Below are positions 11,577-20,961 of a stretch of 64,000 bases of DNA, piece after piece (position 1 is the stretch's first letter; each line of letters begins with the position of its first letter). Made by a program: the position numbers and the translations under genes. The notes under the pieces were generated by a model, which was not told the origin of the DNA, did no database searches, and was given only the letters and a program-made list of their open reading frames with translations. Location: contig CBDCKW010000009.1 of the NCBI GenBank assembly GCA_965218435.1, positions 3,392,001 through 3,456,000 of the forward strand. Reading direction: 5' to 3'. The DNA is from Truepera sp. (GTDB lineage: Bacteria; Deinococcota; Deinococci; Deinococcales; Trueperaceae).

Positions 11577-13002
11577 CTGGCTCGTTATCTCGCCGCCGCT
11601 CATTTTGATCATCACCGCGGCCGTCGGCGTTATCTTAGGCCGCAGCTTTGAGAGCACCCGCCCGGTCGCGTACTTGAGCCTCGCCGGGGTGCTCGTCGCA
11701 CTCGTTTTTAGTGCATCACTTTTTGGCAGCGCGACGCCGCTGAGTGCGTTTGGGCTGCGTTACCTGGCGGATAACAGTGCGCTCGGTCTCTCGACGCTGA
11801 TCTTATTGGGGACGGCGCTTGCACTCCTGATTTCGTTTGACGCGGTTGAACACAGCTTGGGCGGGTACGAATACTATCCGCTGATGCTCCTAAGTGCGAC
11901 CGGCGGCTTGGTGATGGCCGCCGCAGGTGACTTGATTACTTTGCTGCTAGGGCTCGAGATTCTCTCGCTCCCGGTCTATGTATTGTCGGCGTGGCGACCG
12001 AACTCGAGGTCGTCTGAAGAGGCCGGGATGAAGTACTTTCTCCTGGGCGCGTTCGCCTCAGCCTTTTTGATCTACGGTATTGCCCTGATGTACGGCGCAA
12101 CCGGACACTTTACCTACGCCGAAATCGTTCAGGTCCTCCGAAGCGAGACCTTTTCTCAAAATGCGTTAGCGACGCTGGGCGGTGCGTTCATCTTAGGCGG
12201 CCTCGCGTTTAAGGCTGCGTTCGCTCCCTTTCACCAGTGGTCGCCCGACGTTTACACGGGCGCACCGACGCCCGTAACCGCGTTTATGAGCGTCGTCGTT
12301 AAAGCGGCTGCCTTTGCTGCTCTCGTGCGCATCTTTGCCACGGTTTACCCAGACTTAAACAGTTCATTGCTGCAAGGGCTCGCTATCCTCGTCGCGCTGA
12401 CGCTCGTCGTCGGGAACCTCGTCGCGCTCGTGCAGACGAGCCTTAAACGGCTGCTCGCCTACTCCGCCGTCGCGCACGCCGGTTATCTGGGACTCGCACT
12501 TTTGGCGGCGGATGGCAGCGGTACCCAAGCAATTGTTTGGTACTTGACGGCCTATACCCTGATGAACGCTGGCGCGTTTGCCGTGCTGAGCCTCCTCACC
12601 GACCGCAACGATCGGGGTGACGATTTAGAACGCCTTGCCGGTCTCGGTAAGACGCGCCCTTATCTTGCCTTCGCGCTGGCGCTCTTTCTCTTGTCGCTCG
12701 CCGGTATCCCGCCACTTGCCGGGTTTGTCGGAAAAATCTTAGTGTTTCAAGCTGCGCTGCAAGCGGGCTATATCAGCCTTGCGATCATCGCCATCTTGAC
12801 GAGCATCGTCGCGGCGTACTACTACGTGCGGGTCATCGCGCTGATGTACTTTCGCGACGCCGAATACACCGACGTCGGGACGAAAAGTACCTTTACAGGT
12901 ATCGCCATTGCCGCCGCCGCTATAGGAACGGTTTTGCTCGGCTTTTTTCCGGGTTGGTGGTACGGGCTGCTCGAGGCTACCCAGCGTTTAGCCGGAAGAT
13001 AA
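11566..13002 (+). CDS. nuoN: NADH-quinone oxidoreductase subunit N
   Basis: EAGMKYFLLG, FKAAFAPFHQWSPDVYTGAP, KRLLAYS, GIPPLAGFVGK. Confidence 0.96.
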   Translation: MDINWLVISPPLILIITAAVGVILGRSFESTRPVAYLSLAGVLVALVFSASLFGSATPLSAFGLRYLADNSALGLSTLILLGTALALLISFDAVEHSLGGYEYYPLMLLSATGGLVMAAAGDLITLLLGLEILSLPVYVLSAWRPNSRSSEEAGMKYFLLGAFASAFLIYGIALMYGATGHFTYAEIVQVLRSETFSQNALATLGGAFILGGLAFKAAFAPFHQWSPDVYTGAPTPVTAFMSVVVKAAAFAALVRIFATVYPDLNSSLLQGLAILVALTLVVGNLVALVQTSLKRLLAYSAVAHAGYLGLALLAADGSGTQAIVWYLTAYTLMNAGAFAVLSLLTDRNDRGDDLERLAGLGKTRPYLAFALALFLLSLAGIPPLAGFVGKILVFQAALQAGYISLAIIAILTSIVAAYYYVRVIALMYFRDAEYTDVGTKSTFTGIAIAAAAIGTVLLGFFPGWWYGLLEATQRLAGR

Positions 13003-13005
13003 CTT

Positions 13006-13040
13006 TCGGGTGCTGCGGTTAGCTTTTACGCAGCACCCGA
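13006..13040. terminator. Hairpin ending the nuo operon, probably bidirectional
   Basis: Perfect 12-bp inverted repeat TCGGGTGCTGCG / CGCAGCACCCGA between convergent genes. Confidence 0.75.
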
Positions 13041-13054
13041 GCCTTACACAAGAC

Positions 13055-13414
13055 CTAGCCTTTAAGACCGATATAGTTGCCCCACAAGTCTCTGACATGA
13101 CACATCTTTTTGCCCCTTTTGATGTCCACGGGGCTACGGTAGAGCGTCGCGCTCAAAGCCACTAAAAAGTCCAAGCGTTTTTGAAAGTTGTCGGTTTGCC
13201 AGTACACCACCGTACCTGCTGGACCGGACGCTACCTTCTCGTCAGCGGGTACGATTTCGGTTGTGACGCCGTAGTACTTGTGATACTCGAAATCAAACTC
13301 GGTGACAGCGTGTCGCTCAGCTCCTGGGAACGCTTGGTGATACCACTCGAGCCCCGCTTCGGGGTCGTCAACGTGAATGAGCACAGGGGCGATAGGTGAA
13401 GTAAAGGGGCGCAT
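13055..13414 (-). CDS. VOC/glyoxalase-family protein
   Basis: VLIHVDD..GLEWY, GTVVYW and RDLWGNYIGL pattern; start taken at the internal ATG (ORF track extends to 13450). Confidence 0.75.
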   Translation of the reverse strand: MRPFTSPIAPVLIHVDDPEAGLEWYHQAFPGAERHAVTEFDFEYHKYYGVTTEIVPADEKVASGPAGTVVYWQTDNFQKRLDFLVALSATLYRSPVDIKRGKKMCHVRDLWGNYIGLKG

Positions 13415-13458
13415 CTCAACAGCTTTTTTGTAGCTTTGTTGTCGGCACAAGAGCTTCC

Positions 13459-13773
13459 TCAGTCGCTTTCGGTCGGCAGCCCCTCAGTCTTCCAACGCAA
13501 AATCCCGCCCTCCATATTCGTCACGTCGTAGCCCTGTGCCCGCAAAAAGTCGGTGGCTTGGGCGCTCCGTTTTCCGCTCCGGCACTGCGCGACGATCTCT
13601 TGATCTTTTGGGAGCTCGTCAAAGCGCACCATCAGCTCTGAAAGAGGCAAGAGCTGTGCGCCGGGGATGCGCTCTTCGTCGTATTCGTTTTGCTCACGTA
13701 CATCGAGCAGCAGTGCGCCGCCCTGCACGCGTTTTTGGGCTTCTTGAACGTCTATTTCGGGAATGTCTGCCAT
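13459..13773 (-). CDS. Rhodanese-like domain protein
   Basis: LLDVRE..EY...RIPGA, CRSGKRS, NMEGGI..W; TATAGT 6 nt upstream of ATG. Confidence 0.92.
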   Translation of the reverse strand: MADIPEIDVQEAQKRVQGGALLLDVREQNEYDEERIPGAQLLPLSELMVRFDELPKDQEIVAQCRSGKRSAQATDFLRAQGYDVTNMEGGILRWKTEGLPTESD

Positions 13774-13856
13774 AAACCTACTATAGCGGCCTGAGGTTTT
13801 ACGGGTGTTCTAAAGCAGACGTTTTCGGGTCTGCCGGTTACGGTTATAGTCTTGAG

Positions 13857-14339
13857 ATGGACGATTATGTAACGCGGATGTTGGACTTACTCGGTGACCA
13901 AGAGCCGATTTTGGTGTTAGAAGCGACGCCTGTGAAGCTCGAGGCCCTCCTTCTACAACTTGGTGACGACGTAGACCGCCCCTACGCCCCCGGCAAGTGG
14001 GACGCGCGGCACATCTTCGCGCATCTGGCTGACAATGAGCTGGCCGCTGGCTTTCGGCTCCGGCAGATGGTCGCCCGCGTCGGTGAAGTTCAGCCTTATG
14101 ACCAAGACGTTTGGGCGACGCGTTACGCCCATGCTGACCCGGCTCTAGCCCTCGGTACGTTTCAGGCGCTGCGGGCGTGGAACCTGGCACTTTACGCGAC
14201 GTTTGACCTAGACGACTGGCTCACCGAGGTCTACCATCCCGAGCGCGGGCCGCTGTCGGTTGACCTAGCGGTGCGGATGTTGGCTGGACACGATATAAAC
14301 CATTTGGGGCAGTTGGAAGGGCTTGCTGCTGGGCTTTAG
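13857..14339 (+). CDS. DinB-family protein
   Basis: PGKW....FAHLAD.E and AGHDINHLGQ His motifs. Confidence 0.85.
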   Translation: MDDYVTRMLDLLGDQEPILVLEATPVKLEALLLQLGDDVDRPYAPGKWDARHIFAHLADNELAAGFRLRQMVARVGEVQPYDQDVWATRYAHADPALALGTFQALRAWNLALYATFDLDDWLTEVYHPERGPLSVDLAVRMLAGHDINHLGQLEGLAAGL

Positions 14340-14357
14340 CCCCACTAAACTACAGAG

Positions 14358-14867
14358 ATGATCATCGAAAATCCTTTGCAGTTTGGAGACCTTCCGGGTT
14401 ACACACCGCACATCAGCCGTTTGCTGGCGATGATGCATTATGTGCGCGGTACGACTCTTTACGCGGCAAAAGACCTCAATATAGCGCAGCTCGACTATCT
14501 GCCTCATCCGGCGGGCAACTCTATCGGGATGCTGCTCGCTCACATTGCTGCTGTAGAAAAGGGCTACTATCTGGGTACGGCTGAGGATCAAGACGTTGAT
14601 TGGGAGACTCCGGCTCGAGCCCTGGGTGAGATTGGTCGCAAATCCTTGCAAGGCGAACCTTTAGAGCACTATCTGGCAGAACTGGAACGTGTCCGGGAGC
14701 AGACGCTGGTAGGCTTCAGAAACTGCAATGACACTTGGTTACATGAGACTGACGAGTCTTGGGGTACGCCTACCAGTAACTACTTCAAATGGTTTCACGT
14801 CTTTGAAGATGAAGTGAACCATCGCGGCCAAATTCGGCTGATTCGGAAGCTTCTACCCGATGAATGA
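14358..14867 (+). CDS. DinB/DUF664-like protein
   Basis: NSIGMLLAHIAAVE and WFHVFEDEVNHRGQI. Confidence 0.85.
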   Translation: MIIENPLQFGDLPGYTPHISRLLAMMHYVRGTTLYAAKDLNIAQLDYLPHPAGNSIGMLLAHIAAVEKGYYLGTAEDQDVDWETPARALGEIGRKSLQGEPLEHYLAELERVREQTLVGFRNCNDTWLHETDESWGTPTSNYFKWFHVFEDEVNHRGQIRLIRKLLPDE

Positions 14868-14939
14868 CCGAAGACCGTCATCCCGAACGCAAACCGCTCT
14901 TAGATTGACCTGCTTGAAAAAAACGTAGCCACCTAACCT

Positions 14940-15764
14940 CTAGGGACGAACGGTTGGCCCCAGCACAAACGCGTAAACGACCGTTACGGCTGCTCCAAAC
15001 ACAATCCAGCTCCAACTCCGCCGAAACGTCAAAAGGGTACCCGGAGCTTGCTTCAGGTTAATCAACTGCATCATCCACAAAAACCCCGAAGTGCCGCCCA
15101 GCGTCGAAGCTGCGGCTGAGGTCAAAACAATCACGACGCCGTAAGGATTGAGAAAACCGATAGCGACCGCTACCACGACGCCCGTAAGGTACGAAGCTAA
15201 AACCAAGTGACGTGCGTAGGTAATCCGCGCACGGCCCACGCCGCCGATATACGGCTCTATCTTACGAACAGCGAGCCTGACCGTTAAAAAGTAGCTCGCC
15301 AAGCCTATAACGCTCATGAGAATCTGCCAGAGCCACGCGGGTGACGCGCCGTAAAGTGCGCCGTCACGGGTCAGGCCAAAATCGCCGATGCCGGAAACGC
15401 CTGAAAAGAGCAGGTAGCCGGTAGCGGTCATAAACCCAATCGTACCCAAGAGCCAGACGAAATAATAAAGGGCAGGTTGACGCGGTGAGATTCGGCGAAG
15501 GCTGAGAAAACTTATGATGCCGGTCAGCAAACTGACGACTGGACCCGCTAGGGCGACGAGTCGAACCGCTAAGTCGCTCATACCTGCGTAGTTACAATTC
15601 ACGTAAAACGCGCCGAGTTCGGTTGGGTAACTGCCGAGTAAAAGGCACGACCCGGCGTGCCCGAGATGTTCATGAAGCGCAGTCTCGAGGATGAGCGCGA
15701 GGGCTGAAATTGCGATAATGGTAGGCCAATCGGTTTGTACAAGCGCGGACTGAGGCTGAGTCAT
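14940..15764 (-). CDS. Multi-pass membrane protein, possibly an M50-like metalloprotease
   Basis: About 7 hydrophobic segments; LHEHLGH (HExxH-like) and ALAGP motifs. Confidence 0.6.
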   Translation of the reverse strand: MTQPQSALVQTDWPTIIAISALALILETALHEHLGHAGSCLLLGSYPTELGAFYVNCNYAGMSDLAVRLVALAGPVVSLLTGIISFLSLRRISPRQPALYYFVWLLGTIGFMTATGYLLFSGVSGIGDFGLTRDGALYGASPAWLWQILMSVIGLASYFLTVRLAVRKIEPYIGGVGRARITYARHLVLASYLTGVVVAVAIGFLNPYGVVIVLTSAAASTLGGTSGFLWMMQLINLKQAPGTLLTFRRSWSWIVFGAAVTVVYAFVLGPTVRP

Positions 15765-15943
15765 CGTGTCCTTTCTTTACCTAATCCAGGTACCTAGCGT
15801 GTAAGCCTAATTTCAACCCCCTTAATAACGGACATCGTACACGCTTTGTCGTCTGACTAGCTCCTTGAGCTGAGTTGTAAGCTCGAGGCTGACCCCGGTT
15901 GAGGTGTCAAAGGCTTGACCGGCGTGTGGTATGGTGCTTCGTT

Positions 15944-16363
15944 ATGGCTATAGAACTTACCTACGCAATGGTGAAACCCGACGGCGTGAAGCGCGGCTTG
16001 GTCGGAGAAGTGGTTCGGCGGCTCGAGGCCAAAGGCTTTCGTATCGTCGGCATGAAGCTCATGCAGATTCCCCGTGAAACGGCTGAACGTCACTACGGCG
16101 AGCACCAAGGCAAACCCTTTTTCGAGGGGCTCGTCTCGTTTATCACCAGCGGCCCGGTGGTGGCGATGGTCGTCGAGGGTGAAAACGCCATCTTAGAGTG
16201 GCGCAAGATGATGGGCGCAACGAACCCTAAAGACGCGGCACCCGGCACCATCCGCGGCGACTTTGCCAGCACGATTGACGAAAACGTCGCGCACGGCTCC
16301 GACGCCCCTGAAACCGCCGAACGCGAAATCGGCATCTTTTTCGATCCTGAAGAACTCCTCTAG
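15944..16363 (+). CDS. ndk: Nucleoside diphosphate kinase
   Basis: [28 protein letters not shown]; start corrected to ATG 15944. Confidence 0.97.
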   Translation: MAIELTYAMVKPDGVKRGLVGEVVRRLEAKGFRIVGMKLMQIPRETAERHYGEHQGKPFFEGLVSFITSGPVVAMVVEGENAILEWRKMMGATNPKDAAPGTIRGDFASTIDENVAHGSDAPETAEREIGIFFDPEELL

Positions 16364-16384
16364 TTTTTCTGGCGCTTGACCCCT

Positions 16385-16411
16385 ACGCCCTGCAGCTAGC
16401 AGGGCGTTTTT
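16385..16411 (+). terminator. Rho-independent terminator after ndk
   Basis: ACGCCCTGC-loop-GCAGGGCGT followed by a T-run. Confidence 0.8.
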
Positions 16412-16483
16412 CATGCTGAGGCTCAGGTAAGGGTAGCTATGACGAAATACCGTTAAACTAGCCTTACCAACGAGGAGGAACCT

Positions 16484-17647
16484 ATGCCGCAACTCTCCGA
16501 AGCCCTCAAAGCCCTGAAAGCGTCCGCCACCGTCGCCTTTAACACCAAAGCCAAAGAACTCCAGCGTAGCGGGGTTGACGTCATCGCGATGACTGCCGGT
16601 GAACCGGATTTTCAGCCGCCCGAACACGTGTTGGCTGCCGCGCACGACGCGATTGACCGGGGCATGACCAAATACACGCCCGCTGAAGGCACCGCTGAAC
16701 TGCGCGAGGCTATCGCAGAGAAATTTCGACGTGAGAACGGCCTCAGTTACGGCCTAGACCAGATTTCGGTCAGTACCGGCGGTAAACAAGACCTGTACAA
16801 CGGCTTTATGGCCGTCTTAAACCCCGGCGATGAGGTCATCATGCCCGCGCCTTACTGGGTGTCGTACCCCGCGCAGGTGCAACTGGCGGGGGGCGTGTCA
16901 GTGCCGGTCACAACGCGCCCGGAAGACGGTTTTATCCCGAGCGTGGAGGCCATTGAAGCGGCGATCACGGGGCGCACCCGTATCATCGTGCTCAACTCCC
17001 CGTCAAACCCGACCGGCGCGGTTTATCCGCCTGAAGTGGTACGCGGGATTGCTGAGCTTGCGCAAAAGCACGACCTCTGGGTCTTTTCCGATGATCTGTA
17101 TGAGCATCTCGTCTACGAAGGTGAGTTTGTCTCGGCCGCGAACTTTGCTCAGGATCGGACCCTCGTGGTCAACGGTGCGAGCAAGGCGTATGCACTTACG
17201 GGTTGGCGCATCGGCTACGGGGCGGGACCTGCGCCACTGATCAAAGCGATGAACAAGCTCCAGGGGCAGGTGACGAGTGGGGCCAATGCAGTCGCGCAGC
17301 ACGCGGTTGTGGCAGCCTTAAACGAAGTTGAAAAAACGCACGAGTTTATCGAGATGACCAAAAAAGCATATCTGGCGCGGCGTGAGGTATTAGTCAACGG
17401 CCTCAACCGCATCGGGCTCGAGACGCCGAAACCCCAAGGCGCATTTTACGTCATGAGCGACCTGACGCCGATTCACCCAGACGAAACCGAAGCGGCGGTG
17501 ATGCTCTTGGAAAAAGCTCACGTCGGCGTGGTTCCCGGTACCGACTTTGACGCACCGGGGCAGGCGCGGTTTTCTTACGCGACGAGTATGGAAAATATCG
17601 AGAAGGCGTTAGAGCGGCTCGAGGCGTTCGTCGGCGCAAAAGTCTAG
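16484..17647 (+). CDS. aspC: PLP-dependent class I (aspartate-type) aminotransferase
   Basis: AGEPDF, NSPSNPTGAVY, SKAYALTGWRIGY (PLP lysine); GAGGAGG RBS. Confidence 0.88.
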   Translation: MPQLSEALKALKASATVAFNTKAKELQRSGVDVIAMTAGEPDFQPPEHVLAAAHDAIDRGMTKYTPAEGTAELREAIAEKFRRENGLSYGLDQISVSTGGKQDLYNGFMAVLNPGDEVIMPAPYWVSYPAQVQLAGGVSVPVTTRPEDGFIPSVEAIEAAITGRTRIIVLNSPSNPTGAVYPPEVVRGIAELAQKHDLWVFSDDLYEHLVYEGEFVSAANFAQDRTLVVNGASKAYALTGWRIGYGAGPAPLIKAMNKLQGQVTSGANAVAQHAVVAALNEVEKTHEFIEMTKKAYLARREVLVNGLNRIGLETPKPQGAFYVMSDLTPIHPDETEAAVMLLEKAHVGVVPGTDFDAPGQARFSYATSMENIEKALERLEAFVGAKV

Positions 17648-17661
17648 CGGCCCAGCGGCAT

Positions 17662-17694
17662 AAAAAAAGCCCTCAGCTTGTCCGCCGAGGGCTT
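17662..17694 (-). terminator. Terminator between convergent genes
   Basis: AAGCCCTC...GAGGGCTT stem preceded by A7, which is a U-tract on the minus strand. Confidence 0.75.
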
Positions 17695-17712
17695 CTCCTA
17701 TTTGTTTTACCT

Positions 17713-18228
17713 TCAGGGGCAGCTTAGCCGCCCACTAAGCTGCAAAGGTTGGCTCTGCGCGTCTATAAACGACGCGTTAAAAGTGTAAACACCCAGCGAG
17801 GTCGTCACGGTTCCGCTTAGCAGCGTGTAGGTTGCGCCGTCTATCTTGAGGGTTAACGTGCTGTTCGAGCCGAGGACATAGTAGCTGCCGTTTGCTGAAA
17901 CCGGGGTGTTAAAGGCCAGTGTGAGCGGAAACGCGGTCGTCTGCGTGCTTGCCAGACGAAATCCGGTGGGGCTGCACTGCAAGGTCTGGAACTCATCTGC
18001 GCCCAACGTGGCGGTACTCGAGACCACCCCGGAGAGAATCAGCTCGAGCCCCGCTGTAGATTGTGTCGGGGTGCTGCGCGGTTCGGGAAAAATGGCCCAG
18101 ATGGTCCCAACGACGAGTAAGAGGGCAAGAACGACGCCCAGGGTGTCGGCAAGTTCTTCTTGTGACGGTAACTTGGGCTGGAGAAACCGGGAACGGCGGG
18201 GAAAGGGGCGGGCATACGTGGCTTTCAT
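17713..18228 (-). CDS. Hypothetical single-pass membrane protein with a Ser/Thr-rich, beta-rich C-terminal domain
   Basis: GGAGG RBS, one TM segment, divergent from the LysR gene. Confidence 0.65.
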   Translation of the reverse strand: MKATYARPFPRRSRFLQPKLPSQEELADTLGVVLALLLVVGTIWAIFPEPRSTPTQSTAGLELILSGVVSSTATLGADEFQTLQCSPTGFRLASTQTTAFPLTLAFNTPVSANGSYYVLGSNSTLTLKIDGATYTLLSGTVTTSLGVYTFNASFIDAQSQPLQLSGRLSCP

Positions 18229-18307
18229 AAGGTGCCTCCTAATGTCCTTAGTTTAGGTGCTGCACGGCAAAAGTACAAAGCACCAGGGTGATAGATAGGG
18301 CAGCTTG

Positions 18308-18324
18308 TATCAAAAATACTGATA
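18308..18324. promoter_or_regulatory. Probable LysR binding box
   Basis: TATCA-N7-TGATA dyad (contains T-N11-A) between the LysR gene and its divergent neighbour. Confidence 0.6.
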
Positions 18325-18353
18325 GAACTGAGCTTTGCCGTTAGACTACCTGG

Positions 18354-19280
18354 ATGACACTTTCACAACTCCGCAGCTTGCTGATGGTTTTAGAAACCGG
18401 CAGCTTTTCGGCGGCGGCGCTTGAACTCGGCAGCGCACAGTCGGCGGTAAGTTACGCGGTCGCTGAGTTGGAGCGCGAACTCGGCGTCAAGCTCTTAGAG
18501 CGCGGACGGTTCGGCGCACGCCCGACCCGCGTCGGCGTCCGGGTTGCCGACCACGCGCGGCAGCTGCTGAGGTTAGAAGACGCCGTTCGGCAAGAGGCGA
18601 GCCTCGAGCGCGGCGTCTTAGAGGGAACGCTCCGCGTAGCAACATTCCGCAGCGCCGCCCGTCACATCCTTTCCAAAGCTATCGCACGGCTTGCACGGCG
18701 CTACCCGGAGCTTCAAGTCGGCTTGCTCGAGGCCGACGGGGACATGCCGGAACTTAAGCATTTACTTTTAAGTGGGCGCGCCGAGATCGCCATGTTGCAG
18801 ACCCCCTATCCTGAGGGCGTACTCGTCTGGGAACTGCTACAAGACCCTTATGTTGCCCTGATGCCTAAAGATCATCCGCTGGTACAAAGTACCGTAAGCC
18901 GCGCCGAGCTGCTGGCGTCGCCACTTATTCTTTACGACAATGACGATCAGTGCGGGCGCGTTGCACAGCAGTACCTGCATGACGCGAAGCTGCCATTTCG
19001 CTCCACCATACATAGCATCCGCGAGGATTCGACCATCTTCAGCTTAGTCGAGCAGGGTTTAGGAGTCAGTGTCGTGCCGGAACTGGCGTTTCGAGACCTA
19101 CCTGGTAGCGTCGCCCGAGTACCGCTGACTGAACCGCTGATACGGACTATCGGGGTGGCAATCTTGCCGCAAAGCCTTAAAGTTCCTGCTGTACGCGCTT
19201 TGTTAGGCGCGTTAAAGCAGCAGTTTCCCGAAAGTAACTTGCCCGAGTTGAAAACGGTGCTCGAGCCCGTCCCTTCATAG
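18354..19280 (+). CDS. LysR-family transcriptional regulator
   Basis: N-terminal GSFSAAALELGSAQSAVSYAVAELERELGVKLLER HTH; 308 aa. Confidence 0.96.
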   Translation: MTLSQLRSLLMVLETGSFSAAALELGSAQSAVSYAVAELERELGVKLLERGRFGARPTRVGVRVADHARQLLRLEDAVRQEASLERGVLEGTLRVATFRSAARHILSKAIARLARRYPELQVGLLEADGDMPELKHLLLSGRAEIAMLQTPYPEGVLVWELLQDPYVALMPKDHPLVQSTVSRAELLASPLILYDNDDQCGRVAQQYLHDAKLPFRSTIHSIREDSTIFSLVEQGLGVSVVPELAFRDLPGSVARVPLTEPLIRTIGVAILPQSLKVPAVRALLGALKQQFPESNLPELKTVLEPVPS

Positions 19281-19437
19281 TCTGCGCAAACGACAAAAGG
19301 ACTTTTGGAAATCTTACCTAATCCTCTATAGACCTTTGAATCCTAAACTTTTTTACTTTCTCGCCTCTTATTCAGGTGTATTGAGCACATTCGCCCTCTA
19401 GAGTTGGTGTAAGGTGAAAGGGACTCGAGGAGGCACT

Positions 19438-20355
19438 ATGACAACCTTAAACAGCAAAAACGATACCCTAAACGGTGTTTTAGATGGCCTGATGCGCCGC
19501 TACCAAGAACGTGTGCCGGACGTTCAAAAAATTTTCCAGGCGATGATTCAAGACGGGCTGATCCGCGTACCGGAAGACATCGAAAACGACCACATCGCCT
19601 TTCGGACGATGGGCGTGCCACACTTGGGCATTGCGTCATTAGAAAAAATCTTTTTACATTTGGGCTACGACCGCCGTGACCCTTATACGTTTCTCGGTAA
19701 AAAGCTCAACGCGTTTTGGTACAGCCCACCTGAACCGCAGCTGCCGCGTATCTTTATCAGCGAGCTGCGCGTCGGTGAGCTGAGTGACGAAGCGCAGCGC
19801 GTCATCCACAGCTACACCGGTGAGGTTGACAGTGACCCGGTAGACGCGCTTGACTTAGATGACGCCAGACAGATTGACGCCTTTTTGCACCGCGCACTCT
19901 GGCGGCTACCGAGCTATAAAGACTATCAACAGCTTGCGAGTGAAAGCGAGTACGCTGCGTGGGTCATCTATAACCGCTACTACTTAAATCACTTTACGAT
20001 CTCAGTCCATAACCTGCCGCAGGGTTACGACACCGTAGACGCGTTTAACAGCTTTTTAGAGTCACACGGGATCAAGCTCAACGATTCGGGCGGGAAGGCC
20101 AAAACGAGCCCGGATGGGCTACTGATTCAAAGTTCAACGGTTGCGGAGATGATTCCGGCAACCTTCGCGGGCGGCGACACGCATCCCATTTCAGGCTCGT
20201 ACGTCGAGTTTGCTGAACGCCGTGCGCTGCCTGAATATCAGGGCAAACGTAAAAATGAGTTGGGACGCGCCGAACGCCGCGAAGGATTTGAGGCGGGCAA
20301 CGCCGACAAGATTTTTGAAAGCACCTACAGTGCGCAGACGGGGCGGGGCGGTTAA
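19438..20355 (+). CDS. DUF1338-family protein (2-oxoadipate dioxygenase/decarboxylase-like)
   Basis: NDHIAFRT, PRIFISEL, YYLNHFT, YVEFAER; GAGGAGG RBS before ATG 19438. Confidence 0.8.
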   Translation: MTTLNSKNDTLNGVLDGLMRRYQERVPDVQKIFQAMIQDGLIRVPEDIENDHIAFRTMGVPHLGIASLEKIFLHLGYDRRDPYTFLGKKLNAFWYSPPEPQLPRIFISELRVGELSDEAQRVIHSYTGEVDSDPVDALDLDDARQIDAFLHRALWRLPSYKDYQQLASESEYAAWVIYNRYYLNHFTISVHNLPQGYDTVDAFNSFLESHGIKLNDSGGKAKTSPDGLLIQSSTVAEMIPATFAGGDTHPISGSYVEFAERRALPEYQGKRKNELGRAERREGFEAGNADKIFESTYSAQTGRGG

Positions 20356-20376
20356 GCTCCGCTCCAGCAAGCTCTA

Positions 20377-20961
20377 CTAAACAACGCACCGTCTAAAGCC
20401 GGTGGGTTTGGAAGCCACTGAAAGTGTCCTTCCAGGCTCAAGCCTGCTTGCAACCTCTACTCACTAATCTTGAAGTTCTCTTCGGGCGGCGCTTCATCAG
20501 GCGCTTCGATATACGCCTTGACCTGCTCGTCTGTGACCGTTCCGACCGTCGCACAGAAGTAACCTCGTGCCCACAAGTGTGGTCCCCAGTAACGCTTCTT
20601 CAAATGTGGAAACTCTTCTTGCAACAGCCGTGACGAGCGCCCCTTAAGATACGGCATCACTTTCGCTGGACTCAGGCTTGGCGGACATGATACCAGCAAG
20701 TGAACATGTTCTTTGCTAACGTGCCCTTTGAGTATCTTGATGTCACGGCTCATACAGCTTTGTCTGATAAGTTCCCTGGCTCTTTCGGCAACCTCACCGC
20801 GCAACACCTGGTAGCGGTACTTCGTCACCCAGACAAAATGGTACTCGATGTCGTAAATCGTGTGTGCGCCCGTTCGATACTCTGCCACCAGAGCGTCATC
20901 GTAGCAGCCCCTGCTAAAGCTGTTCGCCTATAGGCGAAGGTTTTAGACCTGGCGCGTGGAA
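20377..20961 (-). mobile_element. IS200/IS605-family element, tnpA only
   Basis: Y1 transposase flanked by imperfect subterminal hairpins (about 20384-20407 and 20914-20946); exact ends are inferred. Confidence 0.85.
20457..20888 (-). CDS. tnpA: IS200-type HUH (Y1) transposase, possibly degenerate
   Basis: YHFVWVTKYR, EHVHLL (HUH), LKGRSSR, LWARGYF. Confidence 0.92.
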   Translation of the reverse strand: MAEYRTGAHTIYDIEYHFVWVTKYRYQVLRGEVAERARELIRQSCMSRDIKILKGHVSKEHVHLLVSCPPSLSPAKVMPYLKGRSSRLLQEEFPHLKKRYWGPHLWARGYFCATVGTVTDEQVKAYIEAPDEAPPEENFKISE

